DNA of 63,153 bases, the filler included, from Folioceros fuciformis (Eukaryota): assembly GCA_049999805.1 (NCBI GenBank). It is 4 parts of 3 records of this genome, joined end to end, with 100 filler letters (N's around TTAATTAATTAA, not from the genome) between each part and the next. Parts side by side here need not be neighbours in the genome. Positions count along the whole stretch, not along the records: positions 38,767 to 59,343 come from JBNGIO010005799.1; positions 59,444 to 63,153 come from JBNGIO010005812.1; 2 more parts are not named here. The stretch is one strand, 5' to 3'. The notes beneath the pieces were generated by a model. It worked only from the letters and a program-made list of their open reading frames with translations, searched no databases and had not been told where the DNA came from. Made by a program: the position numbers and the translations under genes. This document shows positions 47,219-59,767 of this stretch, piece by piece (within the stretch, counting starts at the first letter, position 1; the number at the start of each line of letters is the position of its first letter).

Positions 47219-49592
47219 CTAGCAACGTCGCTGGATCCGAATCGGCACCTTGTTTCTGGGTTTCCCGACGGACGGGCCGAAGTCTATACCTTGATTCTCA
47301 GCAGTCACCACCCAACTGCGGCAGACAACCACCCAATATTAATCACACGACTGTGTTGGGTCTGCTGCTTACGGCGCAGAAACTTGCATCGGGCAAAACC
47401 GTGCCTGTATTTGGTGACAAGGTGGTGAAGGAACATCACAAGCTCCATACTGGCCAGCTCCTGCCCCACACACGCTCGAGGTCCCAGGCCGAAGGGAGTG
47501 AAAGAAAACGGAGGTGACTTCTTCTGCAGAGACAGTACCGAGGAGATTAAAAAAATAAATATCTGACAGTGACGAGATGACGACGTGACGCAAGGGGACG
47601 GGGTCTTCCTACCTCGAATCTGGAAGGGTTGAATCGGGAGGGATTTTCAAAGATGGCGGGGTCGTGGTGGGTGGAAGTCAAGTCCAGCAGCACATACCAG
47701 CCTTTGGGGATGAGGAAGCCTGCGGTGGGGGCAAGGAGCTTTCAGTAGCTGTACGGGACGCCGACATAGCTTTACACCGTTTGAGTCAGACATTACCGTC
47801 GTATTCCATGTCGTGTTTAGCAAACCTGAGGATGGCATAAGCCAGACTGAGGTGCCTATGGGTTTCTTGGATGACCTGCACGTCAACGATCCAATATGGT
47901 TGCGTTTTCACGACAGTGTGAAGACTGTGTCGTCCTAATGGACGACAAGTAGCAGGAGAATATTTCCGTGCCGGCTGCCGACTCATGACAGGCACTGGGA
48001 TTGGCTACGAGAGTATTCAACTGCGCTCAGCTCCGACTGAAATATGCGCACCGCACAGCTGTGGGAAATGGATACAAACGACGAGCCAACAGCGAGACTA
48101 ACCATGTGCGTGTAGTGCATCTTAGGACCTTTGATGGCTTCCCATGAAAGAGCACCTTCCGGCCCTAGATCCGCCCGGAGAGCGTCGTTCTCCTCCTGAG
48201 CAAGCAGGCACGCCAAAACGTTGGATGGGATCGACGAAATTTAGTTGCGTCCCTGGATAATCATGGAGGTCGGAGCGTGGAGGAGCGCGTACCTGGAGTC
48301 GGCGAAGGACGTGCGGATGACGGTACACGTACTCGATGAGACATGCTAGGGTTGTGGAGGTGGTGTCGTAGCCTGCAAACATCATGGTCACTACCGTGTC
48401 TTTGAGGTCGGCGACGGAGAATTTCTCGCCGTCCTCGTCTACGGCTGCCATCATGTGGGATAATACATCCTTGGGCCACTGCCAATGCTCCAGTTTCCTC
48501 CTCCAGGCAATCTCCGCGTCGATTGCTGTGTGCATGTCCCTCCGCGCCTGAATTCACATGTCGGGCTACGTGAAGGAACAGAAGTTGCAGGTGACTGAAG
48601 ACAATGCTGTGGCTGGGTAAGGAGTGCTGTGACGGCACTAACCTTCATAGCCTTGTAGTAAGGTGTTCCTGGTATCATGAGAGGCACATTGTGCGCACCG
48701 GGAACGACTCGTTCTATGTTGGAGAAGTATTTCTGAAATCCTTCTTTTGATGTCACGCTTAAGAGGACATCCAGGATGACGCCGTACGTGAACTGCAGGC
48801 AGCGATCATACACAGCCTTGGAGTTGGCACTGGTTTCTTCAATTGTATGGCATGGTTGAGGGGCTTGGGCAGAGGCAGGCGACGTAGGTGTCTCACCTTA
48901 CGAGAGGCCTCATACGCTGAAAGCTCCTCCTTCGCCTCCCAGTCCAGAAGTGTCTGGATGACGAATTCCTCAACCCTGGGTGCAATTTTCTTCATAGTGA
49001 GGGGGCCCATTGGGTCGACCAGCATGCGACGAAGGTATTTGTGCACATCTCCTAAAGCGTTCACCACACTACGAACTCCCAGCACGTCTCTCATGCTCTT
49101 GAAAAGCATGGTGTCCACTCTCGTGTATTCCCCACCCAGAACAAGCTTGTGCGCCTCAGGGCCAGACACCACCACCATAGGTACACCCATGGCATGCGTC
49201 TTGAAGACCGTGGCTCCATTCCTGAACAAGTAATGAAGTTGAGAGAAAAGATGTGAACAATCCGACATTCTGTTCCAGGCGAATTCGAGACCCTGAGGAA
49301 GGAAAGCAGCTTACAATTGGCGTCTGGGGAGGATGAACTGGTCCCGAAGACCTCGAGTCCGAATGGACCTCACGAACGGGAAAGTTTCTCCGAGCAGTGG
49401 CAGGCCCATTCGGCCTGGAGGCAACCCAACCCTCCTGCCACTGGGGAGTACCTTTGGTACCCCATCGCCGATCACACCATGAAAACGCAGGAAGCACTGT
49501 ACGCAAGCTACTGCCAACCAAACGGTGACTGCCGCTATTGTGGTGACGAGCCATCCAGCAGCCTGCGACCCTTCACCCGAACTTGCAAACAT
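47219..49592 (-). CDS. Cytochrome P450, CYP85-clan-like, multi-exon
   Basis: N-terminal TM segment, [15 protein letters not shown]-helix MFAGYDTT, K-helix [11 protein letters not shown] and heme motif [11 protein letters not shown]. Stop at 47219-47221. Confidence 0.9.
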
Positions 49593-52500
49593 TGCTCTGA
49601 TTCTGATCCTATCTACCTAGTGAATGAATCTTATGCAGGCACAAGGAGTTTTCCAACAAACACGACAGCCTCCACAACGTAGACTACTACACAACTTACA
49701 CTATAAACACTCTAGCTCAATACCACAAACCGGTAGAGCGAGCACGACAGCGAGCCGAAAACCAGGAAGATGGCCTCGCCAACACTGGAGCTCTCACAGC
49801 CGGGAGGGCTGCGCTGCTAGGCGCACCTGCTGTGAACGTTGGAACAACTGAAGAGATGTTTAGCACCCAGGCCCAGATAAGGAGCGAGGAGGGAACAAAC
49901 GGCGGCAGTGGTGGGGACGGCTTGATGGGAAGGCATGGTAGGCCGGGCACCCCGACCTCAGAATAGAGTCCCATCAGGATTTCGGATCAGCTGCTGTAAA
50001 GGTGCTTGGAGCTTGTTCTGACTGCAGAACCGCAGCCTCCAATGCGATGGGCACGTGTCCAGATTCCAGATGCCTGCAGTGGCTCCTACTGTTCATGGGC
50101 CAAGCTTGTTTTTCCAGTCTGCTACGATGTATCCAGGATTCTTAACTTTCACCTTCAAATTGCCTGAAGCAAGGCAAGCCACGTCCAAGATTGCCTTTGA
50201 TGCGGGTTGAACCATTTGAAACATCCTGCAGCAGACTCCTCAGTTTAGCATCTCATTTTTATAAATAGCAGCGCCTCTCTGGGACCATGGGACTCGCGCC
50301 CTTTGTCCGGACCTTTTGTATTAGGGAGCCTGTATTTTTAGCCCACATTGCTACTCTAGACCCAGCGTGTTCCAGCAACCTTGAATGATTGACAGCAGGC
50401 TATATTTACCTTGTGCTGAGCCTAAGGCACCACGCGAACTCGGGGAGAATGCATAAGGCCCTACATGCGTCACTACTTTGCCTCCATCTGTGAACAGTGT
50501 TAGCAGCCTCCAGGAGGCGGCCAAAGCACCCAACATTCCATCTCTTCTCGCCGCCTACCCCGAAAGCCCTCCTGTGGTCGGAAGCCACGACAGTATCTTA
50601 TGATAAATAATGAGAAGATCTCATACTTCTAGCTCTCAAAGCGATGTTCCTTGCCCCAGAGATGGCGGAACCAAATGCCACCGTGACCTGACGATGTCAC
50701 AGCCCGCAAATTTCCACTCAACGGCATTGGTGGCCCACACGGTATCAGACACATGTGACATATTCTCATGGACTAGTAGTATCCATGTACTGTAAACAAT
50801 TGTAGTTAAGTCCACTCCCCCCTATGGCGCATTACGCAATACAGCCAAATTGGAAGACGCATGTTAACACCTTCCTCTGACGTGAGCATCGGTCGGGGGC
50901 TCGTGGTCAGACCTTGTCAATCGGACCAGATGACAACACCTCGGCAGGCACTGAACTGCCCAGCGTCAGGGCAAGTTGCAAGATGCGGTTCAGTGGACCG
51001 GGATGTGAACCTGGAAAGGTTTACACACAAACATTGCATCCATCCCAAGTTTCTCAGCCCTAGCCACCATACTACCACCACTGCATCCACCTCTGCCACG
51101 CCCCTGACTGTATGAGATACTGTACCGATTGCGAATCGCAAGTGGATGACGCCGAGCTTGGTCCTCGTCCACTTCAAAGCTTCAAACCTGACCCTTCGAA
51201 GTTGCTGAATGAGGCAAGTATGGGGGCCAGGGGCCACACTGCCCCAGTGCCCCCTGCACTGCCAGGCACTGCAGATAACGCGGCCGGAGGACTAAGACCA
51301 GGTGCTAGTGAGGCCTGCGGTTCCCGGAGACTGGCTCTTTGTTCGTATGGGAGCCAATGCAGAGCCATCTCCATGGGCCAACTTCCTGATACCAGATTGG
51401 CAACAGCCATGGCTCCTTCTATCTCGTTCAGACCACATAACGCCTGCGTTAACACATCACACATCTGGTAATAAGATCCTGCTGTTCCTTCCTCCTCCTT
51501 CTGGAAGAACACTGCTGCGCTCCCGTTTGCCTCGACCTTTGAGCGGTCGATATTCTCGATTTTCGAGCTCCGTCCACCCCGTTTGCTGGTCGGGCGTCGC
51601 TTGGTGCTCGCCCCCCACCCAATCCATCAATTCTTTGACGTCCACATGTCATCAAAGCAAGTGCGCGGCGCGCATATTCCGGATAGGTAGTCAGTTGCTA
51701 TCTTGAGGCCGGGTATACATTTGGGCGGTCATGACCACCTCGTCAGAGATTGGAGAGCCGGAATTCGGTATTGGCTATAAACTTTTTATACACTATTTAT
51801 GTACTTTGGCCGGTATGTACGGACACAGTGTCGTTATCATACCAAAAAGCCTTTCAGCAATCGTATGTAGACATGTGGCACTATTTAGGATTTTGTTATG
51901 CTGAATGATTTATCCATTAGTGTGTCTTCATATATCGGTTTTTGCATCAGCCTCGGGAAAGCATGTTCCTTTGCGTCAATGGTGGTGGTTTCAATAGTGA
52001 AGATCAATGGCAAGGAAGCATCTTCGTGGAGGGATCGGTGGCAAGGGAGCAGCTTTGTGGGGGAATCAATGGCAAGAGAGCAGTTTCATGGAGGGCTCAC
52101 AAACAAGTCTCATGAGTGAAAGGTTTTTCTTATGCCACTAACTTTTCATTGCCTTATAAGAGTGCCTTATGCATCCTTAGGGCATTTGTTGGCAATTGCT
52201 TGCCACCTTTTGCTACTCAAGAGTTCCTAGCAAGCCCCTTTTTGCAAGTGCATCCAACATCCCAATTGGAGGCAATCAGCCAAAGCAAGATGAGGATTGC
52301 ATGCAAATTGCACCTTCCCCTCCCAAACGATACAAATTGCATCTTCCCCTCCCAAATGACACCATTGTGGAGTAAAGAAGGAGCAAACTATGAAGACAAA
52401 AATAAAACCCTCGATAAATAACAAAAGGGCATATGCATGAAAAGATCATCATGTGATAAATCTCATGCACATATAACATGGGATGCAAGTTGAATTTGAC

Positions 52501-53171
52501 AAGACAAAAAAACAAGGTTTCTTAGCTTTGCTACAGTTCAAGTTGGCACAAACACAAAATTCAACTTGAGGTATTACAAGCATCTTAGCCTTGTAGGAAG
52601 CCATATTTGAAGCAAGGTAGCAACTACAAAAATAGTTATAACTTGCCATGATTTCAATAAGGATTCAGAGGGCTATTAGAACTACAAGGTGGATAGGGCT
52701 CATAACCCATGTCTTCTCACACAAGAGGTTGAGTGTGGACAATTCTTCAATAAATGGCTTCAACAAAGAAGACATGGCCAAGAAGAGGAGAATTGGTTAA
52801 GATAGTGCATTTAATGTTATAAGTCTCTTGAGTTCCATATTCCACAAATTAGAAGTTGAGGAGGAAAAGAAAGTGCCATTGTTAGAGAGTTTAGTGACTA
52901 CTCTATCCACATAATTGAAGAATCAACCTTAGGTTGGCTACAACTCTATGAGGTGTTACCTGTTGCTATCGACACATTCTCTAGAAAAAACACCAATGCA
53001 TGCTCACTTGCCATCCACACTCAAACTGAATGTGAGTTGTACGCTATATTAACTCAATTAATTCCAAAGGATAAGTCTATCTTCACCTATGCCAATTTGT
53101 AGCTGATGCCAAAGAAGTGTTTTATAAAAACAAAAAACACCATCTTGTAGAGCTTGAGCAGACCTACACAA

Positions 53172-53435
53172 TGGTTTTTAAAACATGCTCACTTGCTGCA
53201 CTTATGTGTATTACACATGAGTATGGTTTTTAAAACATGCTCACTAGCTGCACTTATGTGTATTACACGTGAGTATGGTTTTTAAAACATGCTCACTTGC
53301 TGCACTTATGTGNNNNNNNNNNCACGTGAGTATGGTTTTTAAAACATGCTCACTTGCTGCACTTATGTGCATTACACGTGAGTATGGTTTTTAAAACATG
53401 CTCACTTGCTGCACTTATGTGTATTACATGTGAGT
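53172..53435. repeat. 52-bp tandem repeat, at least 5 copies, with internal gap
   Basis: GAGTATGGTTTTTAAAACATGCTCACTTGCTGCACTTATGTGTATTACACGT-like unit at 53219, 53271 and onward. Confidence 0.9.
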
Positions 53436-53602
53436 CCATGTAGTAAGGGCAGGTGGGATAGGTGCGGATGCCAGCCAACCTGCGCCCTTAAGTAGACTCA
53501 TCGTCCCTTATGGAGTTGGTGATGTGGACAACACTTTTTGAGCATGTAGGAAGGCTGCCAGCACCCTTCCCTACCACTTGGCCATTTTACATGGCATGTC
53601 AT

Positions 53603-54003
53603 TGATGTGTATTCATACCCTAGTTTGAACCATCGCTCCTAGGGTTTAAAAGCAACCGATATTGTAGATCGGTATTGCATGTTTCAAGGACTTTATTATA
53701 AATTACACATTAGGTTTGCGGTTAGAGAAATCCTAAATGCACGTCCCGTAGGGTGAGTATTCATATTATCCTTGGTGGGCGATGGTGGGTGATGCAGAGA
53801 AGTTGTTGAATATATCCTAGATATATAAGTAACCTGCTTAGGGTTAGCTATTCGACAATGATTAGGTTTAGTTAAGTTCAACTTGTATATATGACAATTT
53901 TGTTCTTTTTCACATTCCTACTTTTGCATCCCTTTTGCGTATCTCTTTGCTTGGCTCATAGAGCATCACCTACGCTTAAGGGCCCGCGTCATGGTATCAG
54001 AGC
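53603..54003 (+). mobile_element. Probable 5' LTR (53603-53991) plus tRNA-iMet PBS
   Basis: TGGTATCAGAGC at 53992-54003 directly follows ...CGCGTCA. The proposed start TGATGTG matches the reverse complement of the end if CpG transitions are allowed. Confidence 0.6.
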
Positions 54004-54965
54004 ATGTGGATGGTGTTTAATTTTTGCATCTTGTGCGATGCCCCGAAGGAGGGAAGGCCGTTGTTCACCACGTCATGAAGTTGCTTCACAATTACGATGG
54101 ATCCCTCCTCCCCCTGGTATGCAATGGACTACATCGCCTCAGTTTCAGGAATACAGAGTCCAACAACTGCAACTATGGCATAGGCAGGCGCAAGAACAGA
54201 AGAGGAATAGACACCAACAAAGGGAGCATAAGCAAGGATCACATCACAAGAAATTGCCATCCAAATATCAGTATGATGGACTTTTTGATGATCGTTCTTC
54301 TTATCATTCAGGAGATGCATTAGGAGATAATTCCTCTTTGCGATCTTTGATAGAATTCACTACTGAAAGACTTGAAGTGAGAATTTCTTAGCTTTGCTCC
54401 CATCAGGATTTGTTTTTGGTGGCATTGCACGATCAAGAAAAGCGCCTTCAGCACTCTATCTCTCAGTGTACTTTGGATATTGGTAGAGGCGTTCGGAGTA
54501 TCACTAAACTACTTCAATCACTTGATCTGCAATTATCACCTTCTAAATCCTGTGCATTAGGGCATGATCGCCCTTCTAGCACGATCTTGTGAGTATATTT
54601 TCTATTGCGATGGGCAAGAGATGTAGCCAAACGCTCGCACGCGTGGCAACCGTTTTCTGTTGCAGCTTGGAAGAGATGAAGGGACATTTAGGGTTACCGC
54701 TTCGCATCAGTTTTTGGATTGCGCGGGGCCCCATTTTCTGCCGGTCTTTCCTCTTCAGCTGAACCGTAACCGTTTTTTGTCTTCCCCTCTTGCACATGCG
54801 GCATAGTTTCTTGGTCAGTGCTATCTTAGGCGGTTATTTCTTTAGTTCCCCCACCTGGGTCTTACCTGTTTTGCCCGCCTTTTCATTCCCTTGTTGGACG
54901 TCCACACATGATCTCCCCCCATCAAATAGGCACATTTCGGTTAGTTGCGATTCTTCACATCCATC

Positions 54966-57900
54966 ATGACAACTCCTCCTCCTCCGCCATTTTCCTTATC
55001 ATCTAGTCCAACGTTTACCTCTGATCTAAAAGAGCGTGATCGTTTCAATGGGACTTGATATGAAGTTTGGCGAGTTTGGATGAAGACCACTTTGATTGCT
55101 CGTGGAGTTTGGGTTGTTGTTGATGGAAGCTATCCAGATCCGTCAATTGCATCTTCAGCTACCTTTGCACAGCAGAACAAATGGACTCAGCTTAACAGCA
55201 TAGCCATTGCCCTTTTAATAAGTGGCCTTGATGCCGACCTGGTACCAGAAGTTGAATACTTAGCCAGTGCTCAAGAGATTTGGGATCAGTTGGCAAGCAC
55301 TTATAAAGTTCAGAATATCCTCACCCTTTGCGCCTTGCGACAAGAGTTCTACGGGCTTCGGATGAGGGAAGGGGAAAGAGTAGCTGCTTATACTAGTAAG
55401 TTTAGGCAGCTGCTTAGGTATTTGCGTGCCCAGCTGCTCTCCCTTAGAACAAAGATGGAGGAAGTTGATGTTGTTGCCCAGTTGCTTAGTAGTCTCCCTC
55501 CAAGTTATCAGGCTTTTGTCAGCACACAGAATGGCCCCATCCGAGCTGCCAGCCAGGCTGCTGCTGCTGGACAACCTTCCACATTGAAGTTGGACGAGGT
55601 TATTGGGGCCCTACATCAGGAAGAACAAAGCAGCCATATGTCAGTTCCTGTCCATAAGGGCAGAGCTGACAAGGTTTTCTCAGCATCTAGAGGACGACCT
55701 TTTAACAGGGGCAAGTTTTGACTGCAACCGGCTCCATGCAATGGCGCAGGATCATCTCATCAGAAACGGCAAGGCAATTGCAACTGGTGTGGATTACCTG
55801 GTCATTGGGCTCGTGAGTGTCGCAAGAAAAAGTCTGGTGAGCCTCAACGGGTTCCTCGACCAGCTGCACACGTCACTACCAAAGATAAGTCTAGCATTGA
55901 ATCTACCTCCAATCCTAGCAAACCTGTTGTTAAGATTTTGACAGTTTGCATCAATATACTAACGAGTAGTAATATTGATTGCTGGTACTTGGATTCAAGG
56001 GCTACGGCCTACATCTGTAAGGATGAGTCTCTCTTCACCAGTCTGATCCTTTCTAATGTGACTGAGAAAGTGTACTTGGGAGATGAAAGTAGTGCCAGTA
56101 GTCTGCAGATTCTTGGCAAAGGCGTTTGCAAGTTTCCACTGCATGATGATTCTATGTTAGTCCTTCCAGACGTCTTATATGTGCCTAAGATGGCCAAGAA
56201 TCTGATTTCCTTGAGCCAACTTATGAAGATGAAGGAACTTCAGCTTACCGTTTCTGCTGACTCATGTTGTTTCTTCCGAAGAACTGCTCCTCTCACATGT
56301 ATCTTCAAGGCTACTCTTGATTCAGATCTGTATTGCTTGGATATCTCCTGTACATGTCGAGGACATGCTTACTCGACTGGAGTTGGCAACCTTACAGTTG
56401 CCCAGCAGGCCAAATTGTGGCACACGTGTTTAGGTCATGTTAATCGGACTAAACTTATTGACTCCTCTAAATAGGACTGCTACAGAGAGCCCTTACCTCG
56501 TTGTTTCACGGAACTGCCAGTATGTGGCACTTGTGCACTTGCGAAGCAACGAGAAACTCCTTTTCCACGAGTTCCAGCATACACAACTTCCTCTGTTCTC
56601 GACTTGGTGCATGCTGACATTTCAGGCCGACTCCAAGTTCCATCTCTTGGCGGCGCACAATACTATTTCACTCTTACTAATGATCACAGTCGTTATACCT
56701 AGACCTACCCTATGAAGCATAAGAACGAGACATTTCCCTTGTTCCAAGATTGGGTCCTCATGGTTCAGCGCCAGACAAGCCACCTGCTCAAGCTGTTTAG
56801 ATCCGATAATGGCACGGAGTTTGTCCATAATGCCTTTTCACAGTTTCTTTCAAATCAAGGAATAATACATCAGCTTATTGTACCTTATACCCAGCAGCAG
56901 AATGGCGTCGCCGAGCGGAAGAACCAAACCTTGATGGGGATGACTCGTTCAATGTTGTTATGGTCTGGTCTACCATCCTCATATTGGGCAGAAGGCGTTG
57001 TGACTGCAACATATATACTGAACCGTTTGACGACTAATTCATTGCCTGGCAAAACTCCCTATGAGGTATTTTGGAGCAGGAAGCCAAGTATTCTCCATCT
57101 TCGCATTTTTGGCCCTCGTGCATTCGCTTATGTGCCTGTAGAGAAGCGAAGGAAGTTAGATAACAGGTCCCGTGACCTTATCTTCATTGGCTACAGTAAA
57201 GTGGCAAAGGCTTACAAACTACTTGACCCTCAAACTCTGCATCCTATTGCGGCTCGAAGTGTTACTTTTCTTGAGACTCTACATCCTACCATTTCTGGTG
57301 ATTGTCCCTTACCTGGGCAATCTGCCGATGATGATTCCGACCTTCATGTAGAAAATAATTTCACCTATCTTGAGGATGCTGATGGTGATGATGGTCTTGT
57401 GGTGCCTCTTGAAAGAGAATTGGCTCCACCTAACGAGTTAGCACCTCGTCCCTTGCATCTTGCACAGGCAGGTGTAGATGATCTTTTAGTGGGAGAACTC
57501 CCTGTTCCCATTCCTGCACAGGATCCCCATGAGGACATGATCAACTACAATCCTGTTTCTGAAGATGCTTCGATAGACTTAGATACAGATGGGCTTTTAG
57601 GTGAGTTAAATACAGTTCCTGAACTAGAGGCTAAAGTCCCTATACCTGACCCACCAAGACGTTCAGAACGTCATCGACCTCCCCCTTCCCTGTGGAAGGA
57701 GCCTCCTTATTCTTCCATAGACTTTCGCTGTTTAGTGGGAGTTTGTACTCATGCTGTCACTCTTGCTATTTCTCCTCTTGACATTGCTCCTGAGCCAGTT
57801 ACCCTTATAGAAGCTTTTTCAGGTCCAGATCATATGAAGTGGAAAGCAGCTGTCAATGATGAATATAATAGTTTCATTGAGAATGGTACTTGGAAGCTTG

Positions 57901-59063
57901 TCCCTCGCCCCAAGGGGAGAAGACCTATCACCTACAAGTGGGTTTTCAAACACAAGTTAAATGCAAATGGAGAGATTGCCCGCTACAAAGCACGGTTATG
58001 TGCTCGGGGATTTACCCAAGTTCCAGGTCTCGATTTCCAAGAAACGTTTTCCCCTGTTGTTCGTTCGCAGTCTATTCGCATCATGCTTGCCTTGGCTGCC
58101 GAATATGATCTGGAGTTACAACAGATGGATATTAAAACCGCTTTCTTACATGGGATTCTGGAAGAAGAGTTGTATATAGAACAGTTGGAGGGCTATGAAG
58201 ATCCTAAGCATCCAAATTGGGTGTGTTAGCTTATCAAATGTATTTATGGCCTTAAACAAAGCGCTGAACACTGGAATGCACGTTTTCATACTTGTTTGAA
58301 GCGTTTAGGTTTTCAGCAAGTTCTGCTGATCCTTCTGTATATGTTTTTGAGGATGGCTCCTTATATGTATTGCTTGCTGTTTATGTCGACGCTGCAATCC
58401 TTGCAGCCAATGACAAGCAGCTGTTAGCACGTGTTAAAGCTATGCTGCAAGGTGAGTTTGAGATGACTGACGTTGGTGATCTCCAATTCTGCTTGGGAAT
58501 TCAAGTTTTACGTGTCCGAGAGGAGGGCCTTCTCATCATACATCAATATAAATATATTTCCAAAATACTACATCATTTTAATATGAATCAAGCACATGCT
58601 GCAGCGACACCAGGAGCTACAGGCATAAAGCTTACTTGCGATGACAGACCTACCTCTCCAGCTGATATTGACGATATGAAGGATGTTCCTTATCGCCATG
58701 CTGTGGGCAGTCTCCTTTTGGTTAACAATTGGACTCACCCACATATCACCTATTGTGTGAATACAGCTTCTCAATTCTTGGAATGTCCTGGTCGCAATCA
58801 CTGGACAGCAGTTAAACGTATTTTTCGGTATTTGAAGGGCACCCATTACCTTGGGCTTTGTTATAAGCATACTGGTACACAGCTTCCTACCTTACATGGT
58901 TTTGCAGATGCTGACTGGGCTTTTGATGGCGATTCCCGTAAGAGCCTCTCTACTTATGTTTTCCTTTTGGCATCTGCTGCTATCAATTGGAGCTGCAAGA
59001 AGCAGACCAGTATTGCCTTGTCAAGTACAGAGGCGGAATATAAGTCCTTAACAGATGGTGCTT
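54966..59063 (+). mobile_element. Ty1/Copia gag-pol, degenerate; RNase H interrupted near 59063
   Basis: Gag FNG..W..VW..VDG, Zn knuckle CNWCGLPGHWAREC (~55780), protease WYLDS, LWH..LGH, integrase RSDNGTEF/QQNGVAERKN, RT RYKARL/QMDIKTAFL and RNase H FADADW..STEAEY. Stops and frameshifts are present. Same family as 17131-19865 (shared VREEGLLI.HQYKYIS). Confidence 0.93.
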
Positions 59064-59343
59064 GTGGAGGCAAAACCCCGGGCACTGATTGCCGACGGGT
59101 TCCACCTTTAGTGGCCACACTTATCCCACTGTCGTTGAGACATTGGGTTTCGTTCCCACGAAGGAGCGATGGGGTTCCTTGCTGCTGTGGATGGAGGGTA
59201 GGACTTGATCGACTCGATGATGGATTCGAGGGCTCCCCTCCAGCTCCGATCAGGCGTAGGACAGGCCTCGCTGTCTGGTGGTCAGCTGCACCTCTCTCAG
59301 TGCCCACAAACTCACTCCAGTCACTACAACGACTCTAACCTCT

Positions 59344-59443
59344 NNNNNNNNNNNNNNNNNNNNNNNNNNNNNNNNNNNNNNNNNNNNTTAATTAATTAAN
59401 NNNNNNNNNNNNNNNNNNNNNNNNNNNNNNNNNNNNNNNNNNN
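59344..59443. other. Artificial scaffold linker
   Basis: N44-TTAATTAATTAA-N44. Confidence 0.95.
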
Positions 59444-59767
59444 AGCACCTAAAACGTACAGCGTCCGCCACAGCGACCGCCGCGGACGTCCGCCTGGTCC
59501 TCCCTGGCCCCTGGGCAAGGAAACCAGGGCTGCAGTATATAAGGGCCACACACCGGCATTTGTTCTCACTTCTCCCATCGCCTTTCCTTTGGATGCCTAA
59601 GTTTGCCGCTCATCGGGAAGCTTGGGTTCGAAGGTGTGACAGGAGGAGTCGGTGTTGCGGGTTCTTCGGAAACCGTGACATTTTTATTCTGATACTTGCG
59701 ATCACTTCAACGAACATTTGAGTGCAACCATAGTAAACAGACCGCATCTGGCTCACGCTAATTGAGG

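Noticed and set aside
51112-51706. GC-rich protein-like fragments on the minus strand
   Set aside because: Possibly a decayed gene or TE, but it cannot be assigned to any family by eye.
53172-53435. Regular 52-bp repeats as a possible CRISPR array
   Set aside because: Head-to-tail units with no unique spacers, no cas genes, and a eukaryotic context.
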